Below, in pieces: positions 9,527 through 19,917 of a stretch of 37,952 bases of DNA. Each line of letters starts with the position of its first letter. The stretch's first letter is position 1. Source of the stretch: an uncultured delta proteobacterium (GTDB taxonomy: Bacteria; Desulfobacterota; Binatia; Bin18); contig CAVTCR010000077.1 in the NCBI GenBank assembly GCA_963733195.1, forward strand, positions 1 through 37,952. The letters run 5' to 3'. A program made the position numbers and the translations under genes. The notes under the pieces were generated by a model. That model had not been told where the DNA came from. It did no database searches and saw only the letters and a list, made by a program, of their open reading frames with translations.

Positions 9527-12500
9527 ATGAAGTTTTCGGAAGTGGTGGCGCAAACGCTTGCCTGGCTGCAGCGCGAGGGACGGGTATCGTATCGGGCGCT
9601 CCGCTTAGAGTTTGACCTCACGGAGGACGTGCTGGACGCCCTCAAGGAAGAACTCATCGAGGTCAAAGAGCTGGCGGTCGACAAAGACGGCAAAATGCTG
9701 GTGTGGGTCGGGGAAGGCGCTGAGCCAGTTCAGAGTCAAGGTCCAAGGTCCAGAAGTTGCAAGCTCTGTCATTCCCCAACCCCTAACCCCTAACCCCCAA
9801 CCCCCAGTCAGCTACACACCTTCCCATCTTGCCGAACGGATTCGTGCGGCAGTAATCACAGACGGTGAACGAAAGACGATCACCGCCTTGTTTGCTGATC
9901 TCAAAGGCTCGACAGCTTGATTGAAGGCCTCGATCCCGAAGAGGCGCAGGCGATTATTGATCCCGCTCTGCAACTGATGATGGACGCCGTGCATCGCTAC
10001 GAGGGCTATGTCGCCCAAGCCTTGGGCGATGGCATCTTTGCGCTCTTTGGTGCGCCGATTGCCCATGAAGATCATCCCCAACGGGCCTGTATGCCGCGCT
10101 GCGCATGCAGGAGGAGATGCGGCGCTATGCAGATACGTTACGTGACCAAAGGCTATCCGCCACTGTTGATGCGCGTCGGGGTGAACACGGGCGAAGTGGT
10201 GCTGCGGTCGATTCGCAAAGACGATTTGCATGCGGATTATGTCCCGGTCGGGCATTCGACGAATCTTAGCTGCACGGATGGAGCAATTGGCGGCGCCAGG
10301 GTCGATTCTCATCACTGCCTACACCCACAAACTCACCGATGGTTATTTTGAGTTCAAAGGCCTGGGCCAGACGCAGATCAAAGGGGTCGAAGAGCCGCTT
10401 CACATCTACGAAGTCCTAGGTGCGGGACCGCTGCGTACACGCCTACAAGTGTCGGCCCGCGCGGGGGCTGACGCGATTTGTCGGGCGGCAGAGTGAGATT
10501 GGAGCAGATGCACAAAGCCTTGGAGCAAGCCAAAGCTGGACATGGGCAGATCGTCGGTGTGATGGGCGAGCCGGGGTTAGGGAAGTCGCGGTTGTTTCAC
10601 GAATTCGTAGGGGCGTATTGCAATACGCCCCTACACTCGCAAGCTACCTGCCTGGTGCTTCGAAGCCTACTCCGTCTCGTATGGCAAAGCCTCCCCATAT
10701 CTGCCGCTGATTGAGCTGCTCAAGGGCTACTTCCAGATTCAAGCCTCAGGATGATGAGCGGCAAGCGCAGGAGAAAATCGCCGGCAAAGTGCTGATGCTG
10801 GACCGCAGTCTTGGAAGACACGCTGCCCTATCTCTTTGCCCTGTTGGGCATTGAAGAACAGCCTTCGCCACTTACAGCAGATGGACCCGCAGATTCGGCG
10901 CAGACGGACGTTTGACGCTCTCAAGAAACTCTTCCTGCGGGAAAGTCTCAATCAACCGCTCATCCTCATCTTCGAAGACCTGCACTGGATCGACACCGAG
11001 ACGCAAGGATTTCTCGACACCCTGAGTGAGAGTGTGGCCAGTGCTCGCCTCCTCCTGCTGGTGAACTACCGGCCCGAGTATCGGCACGAGTGGGGACAGA
11101 AGACGTACTACACCCAACTGCGCTTAGCGCCGTTTGGGCAGAGCGGAAGCGGAAGAATTTCTTGACGCGCTCCTCGGTACTTCGGTAGGGGCCGACCGGA
11201 GCCTGTGAGTCGGCCCACAGGCAGCGGGCGCACACATTGGTGCGCCCCTCCACGACCTCAAACGCCTCATCTTGGCGAAGACCGAAGGCACGCCGTTTTT
11301 CATGGAAGAGATTGTCCAGGAGTTGGTTGAGCAAGGGGTGTTGATCCGTGATCCAATGTAGGGGCAGGGCTTGCCCTGCCCACCGAGGGCGCAGCGAGCA
11401 GCGCCCCTACGGCAATTCACCTTCCGCCCACCGTGCAAGGGGTGCTGGCGGCCCGCATCGACCGCCTTGCGCCAGAAGAGAAAGCCCTCTTGCAGCAATT
11501 AGCCGTCATTGGGCGCCAGTTCCCGCTGAGCTTGGTCCGCCAAGTCATTGCTCACCCCGAAGAGGAACTCTATCGCCTCCTCGCTTCGCTCCAGCGCAAA
11601 GAGTTTCTCTACGAGCAGCCCGCGTTGCCCGAAGTCGAATATATCTTCAAGCACGCCCTGACCCAGGAGGTGGCCTACGGCACGGTGCTACAAGAGCGAC
11701 GCAAAGCCTTACATGAGCGCACGGCGCAGGCCATGGAAGCACTCTACCGCGCCACCCTGGACGAGCACTACAGCGACTTGGCGCATCACTACACGCGCAG
11801 TGGCAATACGCGAGAAAGCCGTCGAGTACCTGCACCTGGCGGGGCAACAGGCGGTGCAACGCTCGGCCAATGTAGAAGCGATCACGCATCTCACGCACAG
11901 CTTTGGAGTTGCTCAAAACCTTGCCCGACACTCCTGAGCGTGCCCAACAAGAACTCACGCTGCACCTCACTCTGGGCATGCCGTTACAGGCCACCAGAAG
12001 GTTTTGCCTCACCGGAAGTGGGAGCTACCTATACCCGCGCCCGGGAGCTGTGCCAGCAGGTCGGGGAGACCCGCCAGCTCTTCCCGGTCCTCTGTGGGCT
12101 GCGGACGTTTCATCATGGTGCGGGGCGAGTTTCTCACGGCGCGCGAGCTGGGGGAGCAACTCCTGGACCTGGCCCAGCGGGAGCAAGACCCGGCCTTGCT
12201 CATGGAGGCCTATCGGGCACTGGGCAGCACCTTATTCCATCTGGGTGAGTTCGGCGCTGCCCAGGCGCACCTGGAGCAGGGCCTGACCCTGTATGACGCT
12301 CAGCGCCACCACTCCCATGTGTTCCTCTACGACGGCATAGAGCCGGGGGTCATTGGCCTCTCCTATGCAGCCTGGGCTCTGTGGCATCTGGGCTATCCGG
12401 ACCAGGCGCTACAGAAGAGCGAGGCAGCGCGTACCCTGGCCCAAGAGCTGTCTCATCCCTTCAGCTTGGCCGCCGCCCGGTTTTTGCTGCCTGAGTTCAC

Positions 12501-13182
12501 CAGCTCCGCCGGGAAAGAGCACTGACCCAAGAGTGGGCCGAGGCAGCCATCACCCTCGCGCGCGAGCACGGATTTCCACAGTGGTTAGGGCAAGGGACTG
12601 TCCTGCAGGGCTGGGCGCTCGCCGAACAGGGACAGAGTGAAGAGGGGATTAGCCCAGATCCGCCAAGGCCTGGCCACCTACCAAGCCTACGGGGTAGGTA
12701 TATTACGATCCTATTATCTTGTCCTGCTGGCCGAGGCGTATGGGAAAGCAGGGCAGGCCGAGGAAGGGCTTGCCGCACTCGCCGAGGCGCTGACGGTGGT
12801 GGACAAAAGCTGGGGAGCGTTTCTACGAGGCGGAGCTGTATCGGCTGAAAGGGCAGCTTACGCTTCAAAAGTTGCCAGATGTCCAGTAGTCAGTTGCCAG
12901 TTACCAAGCCCCAACCCCAATCCCAACGCCCAAGCGGAAGCGAGGCGTGTTTTCATAAGGCTATCGAGATCGCCCAGCAGCAGCAGGCGAAGTCGCTGGA
13001 GCTGCGGGCGGTGATGAGCCTGGTCCGCCTACGAACAGCAAGTCGCAGGACGTCACACGCAACACGCAACACGAGGACTGAAGCGCACCATCATGTTATC
13101 CGAGATCTATGGCTGGTTCACCGAGGGGTTTGATACAAAAGATTTGCAAGAGGCTAAGGGTTTGTTAGAAGAGTTACGCTAA
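9527..13182 (+). CDS. Class III nucleotide cyclase-AAA/STAND-TPR protein, copy 2 (many frameshifts; sequencing error or pseudogene)
   Basis: Fragments in expected order: MKFSEVVAQ...RVSYRALR; ERKTITALFADLKGST; AQALGDG; GHSTNL(A)ARME; Walker A GEPGLGKS; Walker B IFEDLHWID; EGTPFFMEE; YIFKHALTQEVAY; TPR-like helices; WFTEGFDTKDLQEAKGLLEELR* ending at 13182. Confidence 0.88.
10607..10634. repeat. GTAG-type REP palindrome inside the cyclase coding sequence
   Basis: Perfect 28-bp palindrome gtaggggcgtattg/caatacgcccctac, read as VGAYCNTPL just after Walker A. Confidence 0.85.
11185..11251. repeat. GTAG-type REP doublet inside the cyclase coding sequence
   Basis: gtaggggccgac...gtcggccc followed by gggcgcac-acattg-gtgcgcccctcc. 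Confidence 0.75.
11358..11410. repeat. GTAG-type REP doublet inside the cyclase coding sequence
   Basis: gtaggggcagggc-tt-gccctgccc ... gggcgc-agcgagca-gcgcccctac; encodes VGAGLALPTEGAASSAPT before IHLPPTVQGVL. Confidence 0.8.
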
Positions 13183-13311
13183 AGGAGACAATCATCACCC
13201 CAGAGCATGTCGCTGCCTGTTTCTATTTCCACACTTATTGCCAAGACCTCGTGGCCTGAGCACGTTGCCTCTACAATTACGTTGCGAATGGTGCTAGAAG
13301 CAGGATGTGTA

Positions 13312-13328
13312 TGTGAGGTATAATCACA
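13312..13328 (+). promoter_or_regulatory. Candidate -10 box (TATAAT) inside a TGTGA-N7-TCACA palindrome
   Basis: tgtgaggtataatcaca lies about 50 bp upstream of the VOC gene; AAGGAGG RBS downstream. Confidence 0.4.
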
Positions 13329-13377
13329 AAACTTGTTGTGGCTCTGATAACTGTAGAAAGCAAAAGGAGGACCTGCG

Positions 13378-13917
13378 ATGACCCACAAAGGCATATCTCA
13401 TCTTGGCTTTTCCACGCTGGATCTCGACAAAACGCGCGAGTTCTACGAGGGCATTCTTGGCTTCAAACCGGTGCGTTGCGATACCATCAAGATCACCGAA
13501 GGTGGTCATATCCGCCATATTTTCTTTGACATGGGACGTGACCAGTTGGTTGCGTTTATGGAAGCGCGCAAGGTGCCAGGCGTACCCGCCGAGTATGATG
13601 CCGGTATCAATCGCGGGCTTGGGGTGCCGAGTGCGTTTTACCATTTTGCTTTTGAAGCTGGTACGGAAGCTGGGCTCGAAGAGAAACGGAAAGAGCTAGT
13701 TGCAAAAGGCGTCTCGGTATCTGACGTTGTTGATCACGACTGGGCCAAGTCGATCTACTTCAAAGACCCTAACGGCCTCCAGCTTGAATATTGTTGCCTC
13801 ACTCGTGACTTTGGCAGTGAAGATGCGGTGATGACTCAACGCTTTGAAGCCTCGATCAAGGCGATGGGTTTGGAAGACACAGATTCCATCGTTTCCACCA
13901 AACCGCCGAACGCGTAA
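13378..13917 (+). CDS. VOC / glyoxalase family protein
   Basis: GISHLGF...TREFYEGILGF, YHFAFE and SIYFKDPNGLQLEY motifs; strong RBS. Confidence 0.9.
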   Translation: MTHKGISHLGFSTLDLDKTREFYEGILGFKPVRCDTIKITEGGHIRHIFFDMGRDQLVAFMEARKVPGVPAEYDAGINRGLGVPSAFYHFAFEAGTEAGLEEKRKELVAKGVSVSDVVDHDWAKSIYFKDPNGLQLEYCCLTRDFGSEDAVMTQRFEASIKAMGLEDTDSIVSTKPPNA

Positions 13918-13931
13918 CTCGGTTACACGAC

Positions 13932-13965
13932 AAAAAAAGGCCGTGGTCTGATATAACCACGGCCT
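13932..13965 (-). terminator. Rho-independent terminator
   Basis: 10-bp stem aggccgtggt/accacggcct with an A-run on + (U-tract on minus), between convergent genes. Confidence 0.7.
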
Positions 13966-14009
13966 CAATATAGGCGTTTTCATTCACGCCAGGACAATGA
14001 ACGCAACGC

Positions 14010-14863
14010 TTACCCACGTCCGTGCCGCAGGAGTCGACCAGGGGTCGCTCCCGTGCATTTGCCGTCGGCAAAGGTCATCTCACCATTGACAATGATGGCC
14101 TGATACCCTTTCGCTCGTTGAACGCGGCGCCACTCGTTACCGGGAAAGTCATGGGTAATCTCACCGATCCAATCCGGCTCGATGGCAAGTTCATTCAGGT
14201 TGTAGACCACAACGTCAGCCGCTGCGCCTTCACGCAACACCCACGATCACGGAAACCTGCTGCGTGCGCCGGTAGAGCAGATAAGCGATAGTGCGCTTCT
14301 TCGAGCGTGATTTTTTGCTCATCCCGCACCAGCCAACTAAGGAAATCTGTGGTAAACGCACCACCAGTGAAGAACTTGGTGTGCGCGCCGCCATCGGATG
14401 CGCCAGGGAAGGTAAAGCGTGAATCATTGATCATCTCTGCGGTATAGTCGGCATTGAACCGGCGGTTCGGCCCGAGAAATTCCGCGCCGAGATCGCTGGC
14501 AAGCGACAGGTCAAGCATCACATCGATCGGGGTCTTCCCTTCTTCTTGCGCGATTTGTCCGAGCGATTTGCCAACGTATTTTTCCAGGTCGGTCTGGCCG
14601 TTGACACTTTGCACCAACAGACTCGGGATTGAGCCACCCACACCAGCCTGAATCACCTGCAGGCGGCGATCTGCTTCTTCGGCTTCACGTTTGACCGACT
14701 CGCGCAGCGCGGGGTTAAGCATCTTGGCCAGATTCTCTATGTTCGTGCCCGTGGTCAGTGCACGCCATGACGGGCTGAAGTCGTAGAGATTCCAGTGCTC
14801 AAGCGTGAAGGCAAAGCCCGTACGATGGGTGCCGGTCTGACCGAAAATCGGTAATCCTTGCGC
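14010..14863 (-). pseudogene. N-acyl-D-amino-acid deacylase-like amidohydrolase, C-terminal part only
   Basis: AQGLPIFGQ...FPGASDGGAHTKF, LEEAHYRLSALPA, DRG(V)LREGAAADVVVY and IVNGEMTF...TGATPGRLLR. Homology-like sequence stops at ~14863, so the N-terminal metal-binding region is absent. One frameshift near 14240. Confidence 0.8.
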
Positions 14864-14974
14864 AACTGCTGGAGAAGCCCAGCAGTGGCATCCCTTCTAG
14901 CAGTTTCATGGTCTAGGACGTGTCGCAGTACATGAACATCCCAGCGAAATCTGGAATCGATGACAATGGTGTCT

Positions 14975-17900
14975 TCAGGTTAACTCCTCCAACAACGCTT
15001 TCGCCTCTTGCAAGTCTTTGGTGTCGAACCCTTCGGTGAACCAGCCGTAGACCTCGGATAACATTCTTGTGTGCTTCGGTTGTCTTTCCCTTGTTGCTGC
15101 CACAGATGCGCGAGGCTTGTTGAGGCCCGCAGCTCCAGTGATTTCGCCTGCTGCTTCTGGGCGATCTCGATGGCCTTCAGGAAACACGCTTCGGCTTCTT
15201 GCTTGCGGCTCTGGGGTTAGGGATTGAGACGACTTGAGAACTCTCCTGAAACTATTGCAGCGTCAGCGTCCCCTTTCAGCCGATACAGCTCCGCCTCGTA
15301 GAAACGCTCGCCAGTTTTTGTCAACCTGAACGTAGGGCTTCGGCCAGCGCAGCAAGCCCTTGCTTCTGCCTGCCCCACTTTCCCATAGGCTTCGGCCAGC
15401 AGGGCAAGACAATAGGACCGTCACACCTCCTGCTCCTCATGGCTCGGTAAGGTGGCCAAGCTCTGGCGCATCTGGCGCAATCCCCTCCTCTCCTCTGTCC
15501 CTGCTCGGTCAGCGCCCAGCCCTGCATAGATAGTTCCATCGCACTAACCAATTGCGCAAACCCCTGCTCGCGTCGAGAGCGTAATGAGTGCCTCTGCCCA
15601 CTCCTGGGCAGCCTGCCTCTCCCGGCGGAACTGATGGAGCCAGGCAGCACAGACTCAGGGCAACAGCCCAGGCTGATCAGGATGAGCCAGCTCTTGGGCC
15701 AGGGTGAGTGCCTCATGATTTCTTCTTCAGCGCTTGGTCCGGATAGCCAAGCAGCCACAGGACCAAGGCTGCATAGGATAGGCAGGATACTCCAGGGTCG
15801 AGTCCGCCGTAGAGGAGAGCATGAGAGCGGTACTGCTGGGGGTCATAGAGAGGCAATACCCTGCTCTAGGTGCTCTCGGGCTAGGGCGAACTCTCCAAGG
15901 TAAGAACAAGGTGCATCCCCAGCGCATGAGTGGGACTCACAGGAGGGAGCCAGGAGGTGAGCCTTGTGTATCCGCTGGGCCAAGCTGAGGCAGCTGCTCC
16001 GCCTAGCTCACGTGCTGTTTGCAACTTCCCTAGGATTTGATAAAACACCCACTAGTCCCATCAGGACCGGGAACAGTTGGGGGGTTTCCCCTACCTGTTG
16101 GCACAGCTCGCGCGCCCGGGTGTAAGCTTGCTCGACTTCCGGAGATCGCAAAGCCCTTAGTGGACATCAACGGTCCGCTCAGAGTAATTTGCAGCGTGAG
16201 TTCTTGCTGGACGCGCTCGGGCGTGTCAGGTAGAGTCTTGAGCAACTCTAGTCCTTTAGTGAGGTGAGCTAATCGCTTCTACATAAGCCGAACGCTGACT
16301 GGCTCTCTGCACCTGCCTGCTGCCAATAGGGAATGGCTTGCGCGATGAGGCCTGCCTCGGTGTAGTGATGGGCCAGCAGTTCGGGTTGGGTCTCTTTTGT
16401 CTCTGGGAACTCGCTCCTCCAACACCTGAGCGATCTGCTGGTGATACTGCTGGCGTTTGCTCTTGAGCAACGATTGATAGGCGGTATCTTGAATCAGCGC
16501 ATGCTTGAAGAGATACGTCGCCTGTGGCGGTAAGCCCACGCTGATAGAGCAGCTCCGACCGCGACTAATTGCTTGCAGGCCTTGCTGTAAGCTGCTCTCG
16601 TCCAATGGGGAAACCGCGTGCAGCAATTCATAGCGAAAATTCCCGCCCGAGGGTCGCCCCGAGCTGAGCAATCTCTTTGACCGTGCGCTAAGACGATCTA
16701 AGCCGCGCCATCAGTGAGTCTTGTAACGTGGAGGGAATCGCCAACGGCGGAATAGGCGTACCGCTGTGCGCTCCGACATACCGATCTGCCTCATCTCGTA
16801 ACAGCCCAGACTCCACGACGGTCTTGGTCAATTCTTCGATAAACAACGGCACGCCGTCCGTCTTAGCTCACGATCTGCTGTACGACTTCAGTCGGCAGCG
16901 CTTTGCCGCCGCGTCACGCTCTCGACCATGACTGCCACGTGCGGCTCGCCCTAAGCGACTGAGCGTCAGCTGGCTGAGGTGTGAGCGGTTCCCCCAGGAT
17001 GAGAGTGAACTCAGGACGAAAGGTGAGCAGTGGCCAACATCCGCTCGTGGGCACTTGGTCAAAGAGGAGCGTGAGCACCTCCAGCGTGGAGGGATCAGCC
17101 CAGTGCACAGTCTTCCCACGCACAGTACACCGCCGCCTTCTCCGCCTCTTCCATCAGCCACGCTACTAAGGCTGTCTTGCGTCCTTTGCTTTCTGCTTCT
17201 GCGGACTGAGCGTCAGCGGTGGCATAGCCTTCGGGCTGGGGCAACGACAGCAAGGTGGCTAAGAGGTGCAGGGTATCGGCCTGGGGGAAACGATAGGCCC
17301 TGAGCGTCTGTTGGAGCTTGGTGAGTTTTGACTTGCGGGCATTTCCTCGCGCTGAAACTGTAAGAGCCGCTGCAGGTGCTCAATGATGGGATAGAAGGCG
17401 CTGTTTTGATGATAGGGCTGAGCAGCGAAACTCGATGCGAGTTGCCCCCTCGGGCGCAAATTGCTCTTTGCAGCTCCTGCACTAGCCGGGATTTGCCAAT
17501 CCCCGGCTCACCACAGAGCAACACAACTTGGCCTGCCGCCAACTTTCGCTTGCGTCCCAGCGCTGCCGCAGTAATCCCAGCTCTGATTCGCGCCCAACAA
17601 GCGGCGTGAGCCCCTTTTGTACGGACACCTCAAAGCGCGTGTGCGCTTCCCCTTCGCCCTGCACGCGATACAGCTCGACAGGAGCCGCGACGTTCTTCAG
17701 TTCCTGCGGCCCCATGACCTCACAGATAAAGAACCCTTGTACGAGCCGATAGGTCGCCTGGCTAATGAACACCGTATCAGGCTCGGCCACTCCTTGTACC
17801 CGTGCAGCAAGGTTCGGCGTCTCCCCTAAAGCGAGCCGCTCCGTGCGTTCCCCCGCGCCAATCTCGCCGACCACTACCGGCCCGGTGTGAATGCCAATCC

Positions 17901-18483
17901 GCACCTGTAAGGGTGGCGTAAACGCTAGCTGGCTCACAGCCGTCACGATCTCCAGCCCACTGCGCACGGCACGGACCGCATCCTCTTCATGCGCGGTGGG
18001 ATAGCCAAAGTACACTAGCACGCCATCGCCTAGATACTGGGCAATATGCCCCTCATAGCGCGCGATGACCTGGTGACAGACAGCTTGATAGGCCACGACG
18101 CGGGCATGATAGTCTTCGGGGTCGAGCTGTTGCGAGAGGGTTGTCGACCCGACCAGGTCAATGAACATCACCGTCAACTGACGACGCTCGCCCGAATTCG
18201 GCCTAGCGTCTCGCGTCTGGGATTGAGAGGCTGGAGTCCGAAGTTCGGCGCCCGAAATCGGCGGAGCAGAGAGCTGGGAGGAACTGGCACCTGAAGCGCC
18301 GACCCACACTAACACCTCGCCTGCTTCATCCACCGCCAACCGCTTGGCTTTGATGATTTCTCCCTTCAAGTCTTCGAGATAGTCGTCGTCAAGGGCAAAC
18401 CGCCGCTTGAGCGAGCGATACGTGACTCGTCCCTCGCGTTGCAACAGCTCTACCATCTGCGCCAGCACTTCATCAAAGGTCAT
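14975..18483 (-). CDS. Class III nucleotide cyclase-AAA/STAND-TPR protein, copy 3 (heavily frameshifted)
   Basis: MTFDEVLAQ...; [16 protein letters not shown]; AQYLGDG; GETPNLAARVQ; GEPGIGKSRL; HWADPSTLE; DGVPLFIEE; YLFKHALIQDTAYQSLL; WFTEGFDTKDLQEAKALLEELT*. Confidence 0.88.
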
Positions 18484-18551
18484 GGTTTTACCTCTCCGCC
18501 TCTCTACTCCTTTGCCTGCCGCAGGACAACCCGTAGGTCTTCTCTACCTGC

Positions 18552-18599
18552 TCACGCTGCGAGTCGCTGCCGAGAGCTCAGGGTCCGTTTCATGCCATC
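18552..18599 (-). mobile_element. Relic of the IS256 transposase 3' end upstream of cyclase copy 3
   Basis: Reads DGMKRTLSSRQRLAA*, versus DGMQRPMSPRQRLAV* at 497-450 (10 of 15 residues identical). Confidence 0.75.
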
Positions 18600-18612
18600 C
18601 TTTGAGCTCCGA

Positions 18613-19216
18613 CTAATGTCCGACCTGCTCCCGCGATTTATCGATATAGCGCTGAATCAATAGCCGCATGGTCTCTGCTGGTTGAATACCGATCAACGGA
18701 AACGTTCCGAGCATGAAGGTTGGATAGCCGACCACATTAAACGTCGCGGCTTCACTTTCGATATCTTTGACGCGCGATGTAAAAGTACTGGCCTGTAGCG
18801 CGTGTTCAAACTCACTCCGTGAGAGACCCACATTTCGGCGATGTCAGGAGAGTCGAGAGATCGCCAATGTCTCTGCCCTCTTCGAATGCAGACCGAAACA
18901 CGTTCTCATGGTATTCAGCGAACTTGCCATGTTCACGCGCAAACTCCGCCCCTTCGAGTGCATAGGATGAGTCAAGCCAGTGGTCTGGCACTTGCAGCGT
19001 GACCCCAGTTTCGCGCGCAATACGGAAAATCTTCCCTTTGGCTTCGTCACCAATCATCTCGCCATTTTTCCAACCTTGATGCCTGCGTGAAATCTGGACA
19101 CCTTTCCAGAGAAGTTCGATTTCCAACTTTCCATGCAACTGTTCCATCACTTTCTTGGCGACGTAGCACAGGGATGAGGCGTAGTCGTAATAAATCGGGA
19201 TAATCACCTTCGACAT
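18613..19216 (-). CDS. DsbA/FrnE-family thioredoxin-fold protein with SxxC motif (frameshift near 18835)
   Basis: [11 protein letters not shown] aligns to the usual DxxCPWCY; [13 protein letters not shown]; cis-Pro loop VVGYPTF; GIQP. Confidence 0.82.
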
Positions 19217-19306
19217 GGTCAGCACTGTAGCCGTCAGAACATTGCACGAGCAAGAGGGTTGGAATATAGAGAAATGTAGAATGCAGAATGGAAAAAGGGG
19301 ACTGTC

Positions 19307-19909
19307 ATGGGTTTCATTGAGGTACTGAATCCAGTTGCTGAGGCGCGTGCGCAGGACTTGCCTCTGGCTCGTCGCGAAGCCAATTTACGCGGAAAAACGA
19401 TCGGCTTTCTCAATAACCGTAAGGCAAACGCCGGACTCCTTCTGGAGAAGGTAGAAGAACTGCTCCGTGTGCGTTGCGGCGATTTCACGGTCGTCAAGGG
19501 AGAAAAGAATGCGTCAATGGCTGCACCTGAGGCAGTGATGACAAAACTCTCAATGTGTGATGTAGCGGTTGTCGCTATCGGTGATTGAGGGTCGTGTACG
19601 TCGTGGGGTCTCCACGACACCATCGAATTAGAAAAACGCGGCATTCCGACTGCGGTGATTTGTAGCGATGAGTTCGCACCCCTCGGTCGTGCTGAATCGC
19701 AGAACTTAGGGATGGGTGGAGTTCCGATCGCTGTGATTCCCCATCCACTCGCCGGCAATAAGCCTGATGAGGTGGCGCTGAAAGCCTCGGCTGTTGTGGA
19801 CGAAATCCTTGCTATCCTTACTCAATCTGCTGACAAGTTAGTGCAGGAGTATCGCGGGAAGTTCTTGAAACCGATAGGGAAGCAGATGAGCCGGAAAGCA
19901 ACGGCGTAG
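19307..19909 (+). CDS. UGSC-family selenoprotein (200 aa, Sec at codon 94)
   Basis: ORFs 19307..19588 and 19655..19909 are in the same frame. Reading through TGA 19586-19588 gives [31 protein letters not shown], the UGSC (UxxC) motif. A SECIS-like hairpin follows. Confidence 0.88.
19600..19618 (+). promoter_or_regulatory. Bacterial SECIS element
   Basis: 7-bp stem GTCGTGG/CCACGAC with loop GGTCT, starting 11 nt after the TGA. Spacing and loop resemble the E. coli fdhF SECIS. Confidence 0.82.
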
Positions 19910-19917
19910 GAAAGTTC

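Noticed and set aside
19234-19758. 174-aa antisense ORF over the UGSC gene, and other long antisense ORFs (20038-20733, 32366-32980, 35166-35945)
   Set aside because: Shadow ORFs of GC-rich coding sequence with no motifs.
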